Assembly (NCBI GenBank): GCA_029856045.1
Contig: JAHQWG010000047.1
Coordinates: forward strand, 192,001 to 256,000
Length of the DNA: 64,000 nt
Origin: Promethearchaeia archaeon
GTDB lineage: Archaea > Asgardarchaeota > Lokiarchaeia > Sigyniarchaeales > SOKP01
Direction of reading: 5' to 3'
Shown: in pieces, positions 42,665 to 52,036 of the stretch
How positions within the stretch are numbered: the first letter of the stretch is position 1
Layout: every line of letters begins with the position of its first letter
Program-made: the position numbers and the translations under genes
The notes under the pieces: generated by a model
Database searches by the model: none
Told to the model about the DNA's origin: nothing
The model's input: the letters and a program-made list of their open reading frames with translations, nothing else

Positions 42665-43753
42665 TTAAATTCCAGAAATTTTTGTTAGGGCTTCTGGTTT
42701 ATCACAATTAAGACCTTTTTTCTTTGAAAGTTCTAAAGTTAATAATTGTATCGGAATGATTGATAAAAAGGGACACAAATCTGGCAATGTTAGTGGAATA
42801 TTTAATTGAAAATCAACTAAATGGGAATCGATATCACTGGATATGCCTATAATTGTTGGATTTCTTTTCTTCAACTTATTTATCAATTTAATCATATATT
42901 CTTTTCTAGTCCCATTTTGTGACGGAATAATAGTTACAATCCAAACACCAAACTCCGCCAATGTTATTGGTCCATGGGGAAACTCGGCGGTGGGAAATTC
43001 ATCTGCAAAGATTTGGGCTCCTTCTTTTAATTTTAAAGCTCCTTCTTTCGCTGTAGCAAAATCGGGACCTGCTCCCAAGACAAAACAGCGATCGGTTAGC
43101 TCAAAATTTGATGTTAATGTTTTTACTTCTTTATGAGATTTAGGAATTAATTTTTCTATTTTGTTTGGAAGCGAAAGCAGCTCATTCCAATATGAAGTAT
43201 ATATATCATCAGAAATTTTATTTAAGTATTTAGCTATTTCAAGAGCAAATGCTGTAAGAACACCCAATTCCGCAATATATGTTTTTGTAGCCATTACACT
43301 TATTTCTTTTTCACATTTAGTAAAAATACAATAATCTGTGATTTTAGCTAATTTTGAATCTGGGTTATTTGAAACACATACAGTTGTAATATTTTTCTCA
43401 TTTCCATATTCGATAGTCTTAATTGTAGCTTTAGATTCACCGCTTTGAGAAAGACCAATTATTAAATCATTTTCATTAATAATTGATTCAATTAAATATG
43501 GAAATTCAGGTGCAAATTCAGCAGATGAATAAATCTTTGCTAAATTATTAAATAAATATTGCGCAAAGAAGCCTGAATGATAAGACGTGCCTGATCCAGT
43601 TAAAAATACTCTTTTTTTTTCAGTTTTAAAAATTTTTTTAGCAACATCTTTTATTATATCTGTTTGTTTTAATGTTTCTTTTAATGCTCTGGGTGTATCG
43701 TATATTTCTTTAAGAGTATATTTGCCAAGATTGTTGGAGTTTTCAGTAATCAT
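42665..43753 (-). CDS. Double SIS-domain sugar-phosphate isomerase/deaminase (GlmS C-terminal-like)
   Basis: GSGTSYH, SQSGES, ATKTY, EGALKLKE, EFPHGP; no glutaminase domain. Confidence 0.85.
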   Translation of the reverse strand: MITENSNNLGKYTLKEIYDTPRALKETLKQTDIIKDVAKKIFKTEKKRVFLTGSGTSYHSGFFAQYLFNNLAKIYSSAEFAPEFPYLIESIINENDLIIGLSQSGESKATIKTIEYGNEKNITTVCVSNNPDSKLAKITDYCIFTKCEKEISVMATKTYIAELGVLTAFALEIAKYLNKISDDIYTSYWNELLSLPNKIEKLIPKSHKEVKTLTSNFELTDRCFVLGAGPDFATAKEGALKLKEGAQIFADEFPTAEFPHGPITLAEFGVWIVTIIPSQNGTRKEYMIKLINKLKKRNPTIIGISSDIDSHLVDFQLNIPLTLPDLCPFLSIIPIQLLTLELSKKKGLNCDKPEALTKISGI

Positions 43754-43852
43754 TTTACTTTAAAACAATTTATTTGAAAGTACTTGTTTTTATCTTAAGG
43801 AATTAATAGCATATTAAATATATTTATTTTATTTAAAATAATACGATATTTA

Positions 43853-44755
43853 ATGAGTCAAAAAGAAGATGTATCCACCACAGATCTTGAAACTGCTGAT
43901 ATTTTCTTGAAAAAATTGTATGAAGTAATTTATAAATTATCAGCCTTCTCTAAAACTCAATTCCCCAGATTCACAAAATTATGGAATATTTATCTTTTTA
44001 AAAGTAAAATAAATCCTCATATTCCAAGACAAATAAAGTTAAATAAGGAGAAATTCTTAACCGATAATAATTATAAATCTCAAATTCTTAGAACTACAGA
44101 AAATGCTATTGTTGATATTTTTTATTCTATTCGTTCTATTGTTGAGGCATTATATAATAAAATTTTTCCCAATCCAGATTTATTCCTTAAAGATTTTTCC
44201 GAAGATGATCAAAAGATTTTACCTTATATTTGTGCAAAAGATTTATATGGTAAGCTCCTTGAATTTCTTAAGTTAGAACACAATATAACATCGACAAAAT
44301 ATTTGATTATTGGAAAAAATTACTTATTATTAAAATTAAACGGAATGAGCAATGCCGAAATTCTCAATAGCCTAGAAAAGTCAGAAATAACAATAAAATA
44401 CTATAAGTTAAATAAAATAATGCAAGAAATTGAAGGGGAAAGAATTATTAAGGTTGAGAGGAAAGGCAGAACTAAAATCTATACATTAAAGAATGATTTA
44501 GTTCTAAGCTCTGATGGACAAAAAAAGTATAATCAGTTTTTTTACCCTCTTTTAGAATGGTCTACCCAAATTTGGCGTAGTTTTTACAATATCCGGGAAT
44601 TAAATATCACCCCACCTTCGGAATATAAATGGCGTTCATATTTAGAAAAAGTCTTACCACGATCCGCTACTCAAGGATTTAATGCGACTCATTATGTTAT
44701 GAAAAATTTGGCTAAATATTATGAAATGCTTATAAAAGAAGAGAATGAAGAATAA
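43853..44755 (+). CDS. Hypothetical protein, possible internal winged-helix
   Basis: 300-aa ORF; the LNKIMQEIEGERIIKVERKGRTKIYTL segment resembles a wHTH helix and wing. Confidence 0.6.
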   Translation: MSQKEDVSTTDLETADIFLKKLYEVIYKLSAFSKTQFPRFTKLWNIYLFKSKINPHIPRQIKLNKEKFLTDNNYKSQILRTTENAIVDIFYSIRSIVEALYNKIFPNPDLFLKDFSEDDQKILPYICAKDLYGKLLEFLKLEHNITSTKYLIIGKNYLLLKLNGMSNAEILNSLEKSEITIKYYKLNKIMQEIEGERIIKVERKGRTKIYTLKNDLVLSSDGQKKYNQFFYPLLEWSTQIWRSFYNIRELNITPPSEYKWRSYLEKVLPRSATQGFNATHYVMKNLAKYYEMLIKEENEE

Positions 44756-44859
44756 GTTCATTTTCAGAAAAAAGTTTGTCTAGAGTATGTTAAATTCACC
44801 TTAAAAAAACATTCTATATTATTTTATGGGGATCTGCATTATACAGAAAATAGATTTTT

Positions 44860-45849
44860 TTAATATTTTTTTGCAGGTACTAGCTTTAATACTTGGAATA
44901 TTTGATTTTCAGAAGGATTTGTGTCAAAATTTTTTATTTTTTTTTGTAATTTTTCACTTAGTATGAAATCCAATAAGAAATTTGGTTTTTCCTCACTTAG
45001 AATGATAAGTGAACCACTAGAGCCTCCTAATTTTGCTCCGATAACATTATTTATATTACAAAAGTCCAATATTTCTTGATCAATTTTTCTTTGCAATATC
45101 ACATTTTCAGTTGGATTTCCATAACGACCGTAAGTTTGTGTTAATTTCTGATTCTCATTCATCAGTTTTCCAATTAATTTAAGGTCTTTATTAATAATTG
45201 CTTCTTTACCTTTTATAGCACAATTTCGAATTTTATTCACAATTTTTATTAGACTAGAATTAGTTGGATAAGCGAGAAATGGGAATCTATGAATATCTCC
45301 ACTGCTAATATTCTTACTCCTTACACCAATATAGAATGGTATATCTTTAATATCAAGGTCTTCAATAATATAATTTCTATAATCATCACTTGAAAAGTCC
45401 ATATATTTAATCCCTCCAAATGTATCTACAAAACAATCTTGTGGTCCAGCAGTATTCCCCATAATCTCATGCTCAACAAGTCGAGTATAATGTGCGATGG
45501 TTCTTAAATTCAATTTTAAAGAAAATAATTTATTGAGACCTTTAAATAGATTAACAATTATCGCAGTAGAACCTGAAAGACCCCCTTGTACGGGAATATT
45601 TGTCTTGATTTTAAAACTGAAATTTTCTAAGTTAAAACCTTTTTGGCTTAATAAAATTAAAGAACTACTTACAATATTTCTAAAATTCTCATTTTGCTCA
45701 TTATTAATTAAAAATAAATTTTTTTCCTCTTTACTCACCTCTCCTTTTACGAAAAAATCTTTAATAGTTGAGGAAATTACAATACCATTATAAATATCTG
45801 ATGGATTTCCCAAAATTCCTATTCTTGCGTTAGTTTTAATTCTTACCAT
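44860..45849 (-). CDS. GHMP-family sugar kinase, glucuronokinase-like
   Basis: ARIGILGNPSD, IPVQGGLSGSTA, AGPQD..V..FGG...MDF, GAKLGGSSG. Confidence 0.8.
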   Translation of the reverse strand: MVRIKTNARIGILGNPSDIYNGIVISSTIKDFFVKGEVSKEEKNLFLINNEQNENFRNIVSSSLILLSQKGFNLENFSFKIKTNIPVQGGLSGSTAIIVNLFKGLNKLFSLKLNLRTIAHYTRLVEHEIMGNTAGPQDCFVDTFGGIKYMDFSSDDYRNYIIEDLDIKDIPFYIGVRSKNISSGDIHRFPFLAYPTNSSLIKIVNKIRNCAIKGKEAIINKDLKLIGKLMNENQKLTQTYGRYGNPTENVILQRKIDQEILDFCNINNVIGAKLGGSSGSLIILSEEKPNFLLDFILSEKLQKKIKNFDTNPSENQIFQVLKLVPAKKY

Positions 45850-45850
45850 T

Positions 45851-46762
45851 TTAATTCTGGAATTCCTTTGTTCTTTTTATTTCAATATTGAATCCATTTA
45901 GAATTTGAGATAAATGTGATTTATCTGGAGCGTTTAATCCCTTCCAATCGTATATAAAATAATCAATTTTTGATTCTAGTGTTTTGTCAATGATTTGTTT
46001 AATCATTTCCTCATTAAGCTCCTGAATAAAATATTTAGGGCAAATATGAGCTATTGCAATATTTGTATTAATTATTAATTTTTTAAATTTAGGTGAATAA
46101 TGGGTTCCACCAAATCCCAGACAGATCATTGGGTTTTCTCTTTTCACTATCCAATATTTTTCAATTGTTTTAATAATTGCATCAGCCACTACTTTTCCCG
46201 CTCTTTGATCATTCCATTCCGCCTTTATACTACCTAACTCCATAAAAACTAATGGAATGGAATGATTTGTTGGTCCATGATGGTTAACTTCCATATCAAT
46301 TGAAAATTTTCCCTCTTCTAATTCTCCACTTGATTCTAGTAGGGAGAGAAATCCAGCTTTCAATAAAATAGCGCTTGAATATGCAATTTCTTTTGAATTG
46401 CCACCAAATAGTGCTTCTTCGCCCCAATTTCCAGTTGTATGAATTAATAAAGCCGGTTGAGCTGATTTTGAAGCATGTCTGCTAGCAAAAATTAAAAAAT
46501 CAGGCTTAAAATCTAATTCTTCTAATTTAAGATCGTCGAGAAAAATTAAACTCTTATCAGTAAGTCCTAAATAAACTCGATTATTTAATGAAATATCCTC
46601 TTTGATGAAATCTTTATCAACTTTATTCAATAGAAAGAGATTATGCCCATACCATTTATTATTTAACTCTTTAAATGAATAATTTTTTGAATTTATTAAT
46701 TTATCACGGATATTTATTGATGCGATATCCTCCGAACTCGATATAATCAAAAAATTTAGCAT
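45851..46762 (-). CDS. dtdA: Archaeal D-aminoacyl-tRNA deacylase (DTD2)
   Basis: FASRHAS, HTTGN, EVNHHGPT, FMELGS, GFGGTHY, DWKG. Confidence 0.92.
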   Translation of the reverse strand: MLNFLIISSSEDIASINIRDKLINSKNYSFKELNNKWYGHNLFLLNKVDKDFIKEDISLNNRVYLGLTDKSLIFLDDLKLEELDFKPDFLIFASRHASKSAQPALLIHTTGNWGEEALFGGNSKEIAYSSAILLKAGFLSLLESSGELEEGKFSIDMEVNHHGPTNHSIPLVFMELGSIKAEWNDQRAGKVVADAIIKTIEKYWIVKRENPMICLGFGGTHYSPKFKKLIINTNIAIAHICPKYFIQELNEEMIKQIIDKTLESKIDYFIYDWKGLNAPDKSHLSQILNGFNIEIKRTKEFQN

Positions 46763-46893
46763 TATATTATGTAATAATACACGCGTTTTAATTAAGATAT
46801 AATTGAACTTACAATTTTTCGAATGGATTTTGTCATACTAAAAAAATTTGTGATTATGTCAAAATAATGGATCTCTATAAATTTAAAATTATT

Positions 46894-47835
46894 TTAAATT
46901 CTTCTTGACATTGGCCAAAAAATTTGAAAAATTCTCGCTTTCGCGGATTTTAAATAAAAATATTTTGTTCTACCTGCTACCCACTTGATTATACATTTAT
47001 CTATACCCATCTGCTTTATATCCCATAAGCACCATTTTAACAACAACCCTCCGATACCTTTTCCCCGTAAATTTCTTAATACACCTGTAGGACCAAAACT
47101 CCCTGGATGTTGAGCACTATGGGTTGCAAATCCAACAATTTTGTAATTATTGATATCTCGCACAATAAACGTCGTTGAAGGATCATTCTCAAACGAAATA
47201 AGAGTCTCTTCTGGCCATGTACCTTTACCAAAATGTTTTTTAATAAAAGCTACAGTTTCTTCTTTATCTTTTTGTAATGTTCGTGATATTTTATATCCAT
47301 TTATTTCTTTCAGAGGTTCTTCTTTTGGAAAATTGTCTTTATCAACTCCTAAATCGGTTCGAAATCGTTCAAAGAAATTATTTTTAAAACCTAATTTCCT
47401 CAAAAAAAAGTATGCTTCAGTATGTCTTGGATCTAACCCGGGCAACCAATAACGAGGATTTGAGTCCATGATAGAAACTTTCATTCTCCAAACTGCATTT
47501 TTTTGTTGTTTCGCTCTTTTAAAAAGCTTATTCATCATTTCAGTTCCTATTCCTCTATATCTGTAATTCTTTTCTACAACGAACATCTTTATAACTAATT
47601 TATTGCGAGATTTTGGTAGTATACATCTTCTAAACACTGCAAAAAAAAATGCTATTGGTGTATTATTCTCATCAACTGCAACTAAACTCAATTCGGGATT
47701 ATAATCTTCGTCCATTAGCGTTGCACGCTTAAAAGTATCAAATGAAAAGGAATAAAATAAAACATTTTCTTCACACATTGTATAAACAGAACTTAAATTG
47801 CTTTCAGTGAGAGGATCGATGTTTAATTCTTCCAA
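46894..47835 (-). CDS. Tandem GNAT acetyltransferase
   Basis: YRYRGIGT and FGPTGV...RGKGIGGLLL acetyl-CoA-binding motifs. Confidence 0.85.
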   Translation of the reverse strand: MEELNIDPLTESNLSSVYTMCEENVLFYSFSFDTFKRATLMDEDYNPELSLVAVDENNTPIAFFFAVFRRCILPKSRNKLVIKMFVVEKNYRYRGIGTEMMNKLFKRAKQQKNAVWRMKVSIMDSNPRYWLPGLDPRHTEAYFFLRKLGFKNNFFERFRTDLGVDKDNFPKEEPLKEINGYKISRTLQKDKEETVAFIKKHFGKGTWPEETLISFENDPSTTFIVRDINNYKIVGFATHSAQHPGSFGPTGVLRNLRGKGIGGLLLKWCLWDIKQMGIDKCIIKWVAGRTKYFYLKSAKARIFQIFWPMSRRI

Positions 47836-47922
47836 ATTCTTCCAACAATTAGATTTTTAATTCTATATTGTTTAATTTTCTTTAATATTAATAAATTTAA
47901 TTAAATACTGTTAATCCAAATA

Positions 47923-49194
47923 ATGTTAGATTTTCAAGTTGCAATAATTCCTCAGGAAAATTATGATAAATCAGAGATTGCTTTAAAAATTGGAACATAT
48001 TTTGACCAAGCAGGTTATAATTTTAAAGAAAAAACCGTTTTAATTAAACCTTCATTTGTATTTGCTATAGGAGATGCGGAAAGGACATTATCAACAAATA
48101 CTAATGTCGCCCTAATTTATGGAGTTGCGCAGGCGCTATCAATTAGGGGAGCCTCAAAAATTTTAATTGCTGAAGATAGAACAATCGGTCCCGCAAGATA
48201 CGCATTTTATATGATCAATATAAAAAAGACTGTAAATGGCATAAAAAATGTTAAAATGTGTTATTTAGATGAAAAAAAGAAAGTTAAAGTTGTAGTAAAT
48301 AATCCTTTCATTCCAAATCATATAATTAAATACCCTAAATTACTAATTGATGATACAGTAGATTTTTTTATATCATTACCTAAATTAAAAGCAAATATCT
48401 TTGCTGATATTACTCTAAGTATAAAAAATAATCTGGGTTTAATTTCTAAAAAAGAACGACTAAAATTTCATGATGATAGACTTCATATGCACCTTGCAGA
48501 TATTGCACTAATTCGCCAACCAGATTTAATTATTGCAGATGCTATTGTTTCTGGGGAAGGTCAAGGACCATATGAAACTACAAATGTATATACAAACATG
48601 TTGGTTGTTGGAACAAACTGTCTTGCAGTTGATGTAGTATGTTGTTATCTTATGGATCAAAATCCAAGTGAGATTGAACATCTAAAAATTTTACATGAGA
48701 GAGGCATAGGACCTTTAAATATTAATGATATAGATATTAAAAATAAGAATTATCTTGATACTAAAAAAAAGAAATTTAAAATGCCTGATAGAAATCTAGA
48801 AATGTCTCCTTCGATTAAAGTGTATCTAGGAAAAAAATCATGCCAAGCTGGTTGCTTAGGAATGATTAGAGCATTTTTAGATGGATATAGTATAAAAAAA
48901 GGATGGGATTCACTAGGAGAATTAAACTTAATATTGGGAGAAAATATTGAAATTCCAAAAAATGAACTTGATAAACTGAATAAAAAAAATACAATCGTTT
49001 ATGGAGATTGTGCAAAAGAGTATAAGAAATATGGGATTTATTTTAAAGGATGCCCACCAGATTATGTAAAAGCATTATTAAAAATGTCACTTAAATCCTC
49101 TTTAGGCAAGTCTCCATGGTTTGAATATTTTTCACCTTGGAATTATGTTAAAGCCTGGATTGTCCATATACTACAAAAAATATTTAGATTTTAA
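47923..49194 (+). CDS. DUF362-family Fe-S protein
   Basis: VLIKP, ISLPKLK, TLSIKN, DAIVSGEGQGP, LAVD; C-terminal CQAGC...GDC...GCPP. Confidence 0.8.
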   Translation: MLDFQVAIIPQENYDKSEIALKIGTYFDQAGYNFKEKTVLIKPSFVFAIGDAERTLSTNTNVALIYGVAQALSIRGASKILIAEDRTIGPARYAFYMINIKKTVNGIKNVKMCYLDEKKKVKVVVNNPFIPNHIIKYPKLLIDDTVDFFISLPKLKANIFADITLSIKNNLGLISKKERLKFHDDRLHMHLADIALIRQPDLIIADAIVSGEGQGPYETTNVYTNMLVVGTNCLAVDVVCCYLMDQNPSEIEHLKILHERGIGPLNINDIDIKNKNYLDTKKKKFKMPDRNLEMSPSIKVYLGKKSCQAGCLGMIRAFLDGYSIKKGWDSLGELNLILGENIEIPKNELDKLNKKNTIVYGDCAKEYKKYGIYFKGCPPDYVKALLKMSLKSSLGKSPWFEYFSPWNYVKAWIVHILQKIFRF

Positions 49195-49218
49195 GCAATT
49201 TTAAAAAAATTTTAAAAT

Positions 49219-49359
49219 ATGAAGACCCTCACGGAAAAAACTCCTTCAAAGTGCAATTTGGTTTGACAAGGTTATTCAAAAGGTACATGTGAGGTAATTT
49301 TAAAAGATGGAACTACTCAACCTGCATGTAAATCGACATTGAAATATAAAAATGGGTAG
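49219..49359 (+). pseudogene. Possible decayed Fe-S protein fragment
   Basis: MKTLTEKTPSKCNLV*QGYSKGTCEVILKDGTTQPACKSTLKYKNG*; KCNL...PAC resembles DmsB/NrfC-type motifs; internal TGA at 49264-49266. Confidence 0.25.
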
Positions 49360-49489
49360 CATTATAGACTAATCAAATCGATGCATTTATCACGTCTTGA
49401 AGATTATTTTTCAATATGTACCGGAAGATCAGATGGTAGAAGTTATTTGTTAGATTAAAATAAAGGCGGACCTTATATGAAATATTTTA

Positions 49490-50383
49490 TTAATGGTTTC
49501 TGATAAAATCGCGAATTGTTCTATACCCGATTATTTTTATACCGTACTTCTTAACACACTTCTTAATACGTGGATCGGTAAATGCTTCATAATCTTGATT
49601 TCGCCAACTTGCTGAATCCGGTGTTATAGCTCTTAATTCTGGACTCATTTTTGCTGGATGAAATAAAAAGTGTGTCAAACCGGGTTTTATTTCTGCAAAA
49701 AGTTTACAATAATACTCAACTTTATCTGGTTGCTCCCCCCCTGTATCAATAATCATATGATCCATTAGAGGAACACCACTTGCCTCTAGCTTTGAGAACA
49801 TTTTTAGAAAAACATCAGCTTGATCTCCTCGTCCTATAGCGATTAATTCTTCTCTAGTTAATCTTGGTAAAAATGCAGGAACATTAAAGTCTCGAGCTAC
49901 CCTTAGGTATGACGGAATGAATTTGGGATTCAAAACAGTTCCCATATGTGAATCTATGTGCGTAACATCAATTCCATTGTCTAAAGCCATCTGAATTTGT
50001 AAACGCATTTCGATTTCAGCCGCCTTAACAGTTACATTGGCAATCGCCTCCTCCTCAGTACGCCAGAGACATTTTTCTGAATCCAATAATCCTGTCTTGG
50101 AATCAACACTGCTCAATGCACGCCAGCGATACAGATCATATTCACACGTGAGAGTTAAATGAATACCAAGATCATATTTTGGGTTATTCCTATAATTTGA
50201 TGCTACTTCAAAAAACCAAGGGGCAGGGACAAGAATAGAGCCACAGCTAGCTATCCCAAAATCTAAACATTCAAAAGATGCTACATTTGAACTATGAGAA
50301 AAACCAATATCATCAACATGGAATATAACAACTTTATCAGATGCTTTAAAACCAAGTTTTTCAATAAGTGTTAAATCCTTCAT
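49490..50383 (-). CDS. ChbG/YdjC-family carbohydrate deacetylase
   Basis: IFHVDDIG, GIHLTL, THIDSHMG, FHP. Confidence 0.88.
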   Translation of the reverse strand: MKDLTLIEKLGFKASDKVVIFHVDDIGFSHSSNVASFECLDFGIASCGSILVPAPWFFEVASNYRNNPKYDLGIHLTLTCEYDLYRWRALSSVDSKTGLLDSEKCLWRTEEEAIANVTVKAAEIEMRLQIQMALDNGIDVTHIDSHMGTVLNPKFIPSYLRVARDFNVPAFLPRLTREELIAIGRGDQADVFLKMFSKLEASGVPLMDHMIIDTGGEQPDKVEYYCKLFAEIKPGLTHFLFHPAKMSPELRAITPDSASWRNQDYEAFTDPRIKKCVKKYGIKIIGYRTIRDFIRNH

Positions 50384-50448
50384 ATTTTAATCTCGTGTTT
50401 CATATTTAATAATTACTTAAAAACAGTAGGTTCATCTGTAATTTGAAA

Positions 50449-51108
50449 TTATAACTTAATATCCACAGTTATTTTGGCCAATTCTTTTATTCTTCTTACT
50501 CCTTCAACTGCATCATCAGCAAAATCATCAGCACCCAATTTTTTAGCGAGTTCCATATTTAAAGGCGCTCCTCCAACGATAATTTTAACCTTATCTCTTA
50601 AACCAGCTTTTTCAAGTTCTTCATGAACATTTTTAATTTCCTCAACTGTCATCGTCAATAAAGAACTAAGACCAATAATTTTTGCTTTAGTTTCTTTTAC
50701 CGTCTCAACTATTTTCTCTGCTGGAATATCCATACCAACATCTATTACTTCGAAACCAGCACTTAGGAGTAGAGATGATAGAATATTTTTTCCTATATCA
50801 TGATTGTCTCCTCGAACAGTAGCCACAATGATTTTGACTTTTTCTTTCCCTCCACCTTCGGCTTCTAATTTTGGTTTAAGGATTTTAAACGCTTCTTTCA
50901 TTGTCTCACCCGCAAGAACTAATTCAGTAAGATAATATTCCTTTTTTTCATATAATTCTCCAACTTTATCCATACCTTTGGTTAATGCATCTAAAATACT
51001 CATTGCGGTTTTACCCTCACTCAATGATTCTTTTACAGCGTCTGCAATATCGTCAACTTCAAGCTCAATAATTAATTCGGTTAATTTTTCAAATTCCATT
51101 TTATTCAA
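50449..51108 (-). CDS. Methyltransferase-cognate corrinoid protein (MtaC/MttC-like)
   Basis: B12 cap domain plus GDNHDIGKN, GLSSLLT, VGGAP. Confidence 0.92.
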   Translation of the reverse strand: MNKMEFEKLTELIIELEVDDIADAVKESLSEGKTAMSILDALTKGMDKVGELYEKKEYYLTELVLAGETMKEAFKILKPKLEAEGGGKEKVKIIVATVRGDNHDIGKNILSSLLLSAGFEVIDVGMDIPAEKIVETVKETKAKIIGLSSLLTMTVEEIKNVHEELEKAGLRDKVKIIVGGAPLNMELAKKLGADDFADDAVEGVRRIKELAKITVDIKL

Positions 51109-51275
51109 TACTCAATTCATTATTTTCTACAAAAATCTAATATTTATTTATAATTTTAAATTCTAAAAAAGTTTTTCTGAAGTAGTATTTAGAAAAGTTG
51201 AGAGAATAATTTGGCTTGAAAATTTTAAAAAATATTTAATAAGTTTTTAATTCTGTTTTTCGTTTCTTATGAATT

Positions 51276-52022
51276 ATGGAAAACAATAATTTTGTGAATT
51301 CTAAAGAATCCATTGAAACCAAAAAAAAACCATTAATTGTTTTAAAAGACGTGTTAAAAGAGTATGATATAGGAGATTGGATTATTAGGGCAGTGGATCA
51401 TGTCAATTTATCGATTTTTGAAACGGAATTTGTTGCAATTGTGGGACCTTCAGGTGCAGGAAAAACAAGCTTATTGAACTTAATTGCAGGATTGGATTCA
51501 GTAAATGAGGGAGAAATCTATAATTCGGGAATAAGAATTACCGATATGTCTGAAGAATCCTTAGCTACATTCAGAATTTTTAATATTGGATTCGTCTTTC
51601 AGAATTATAATCTTATATCAACTCTAACTGCTGAAGAGAATGTAATTTTTCCAATGATGTTGGCTGGAATGACCTTAGATGAGCGAAGGGACAGAGGCTT
51701 AAGATTATTGGGGGAAATGGGGTTGGAAGAGAGAAGAGAACATTTACCATTCCAACTTAGTGCAGGGGAACAACAAAGAGTTGCAATTGCCCGGGCATTG
51801 GGTAATGATCCCCCAATAATCATTGCAGATGAACCAACAGCTAATTTAGATATGGAGACTGCGGAGTTTATTGCAAAATTATTTAAAAAACTAAAAGAAA
51901 ACAAAAAAACTTTAATAATTGCAACTCATGACAAGGTTCTAATTAAACAAGCAGATAGAATAATTACTTATAAAGACTCGCAAATAATAAAGCAAGATAT
52001 TATACATGATATTTTACAATAA
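51276..52022 (+). CDS. ABC transporter ATP-binding protein (LolD/MacB type)
   Basis: GPSGAGKT, LSAGEQQRVAIARAL, ADEPTANLD. Confidence 0.93.
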   Translation: MENNNFVNSKESIETKKKPLIVLKDVLKEYDIGDWIIRAVDHVNLSIFETEFVAIVGPSGAGKTSLLNLIAGLDSVNEGEIYNSGIRITDMSEESLATFRIFNIGFVFQNYNLISTLTAEENVIFPMMLAGMTLDERRDRGLRLLGEMGLEERREHLPFQLSAGEQQRVAIARALGNDPPIIIADEPTANLDMETAEFIAKLFKKLKENKKTLIIATHDKVLIKQADRIITYKDSQIIKQDIIHDILQ

Positions 52023-52036
52023 TAGAGGGATATTAA

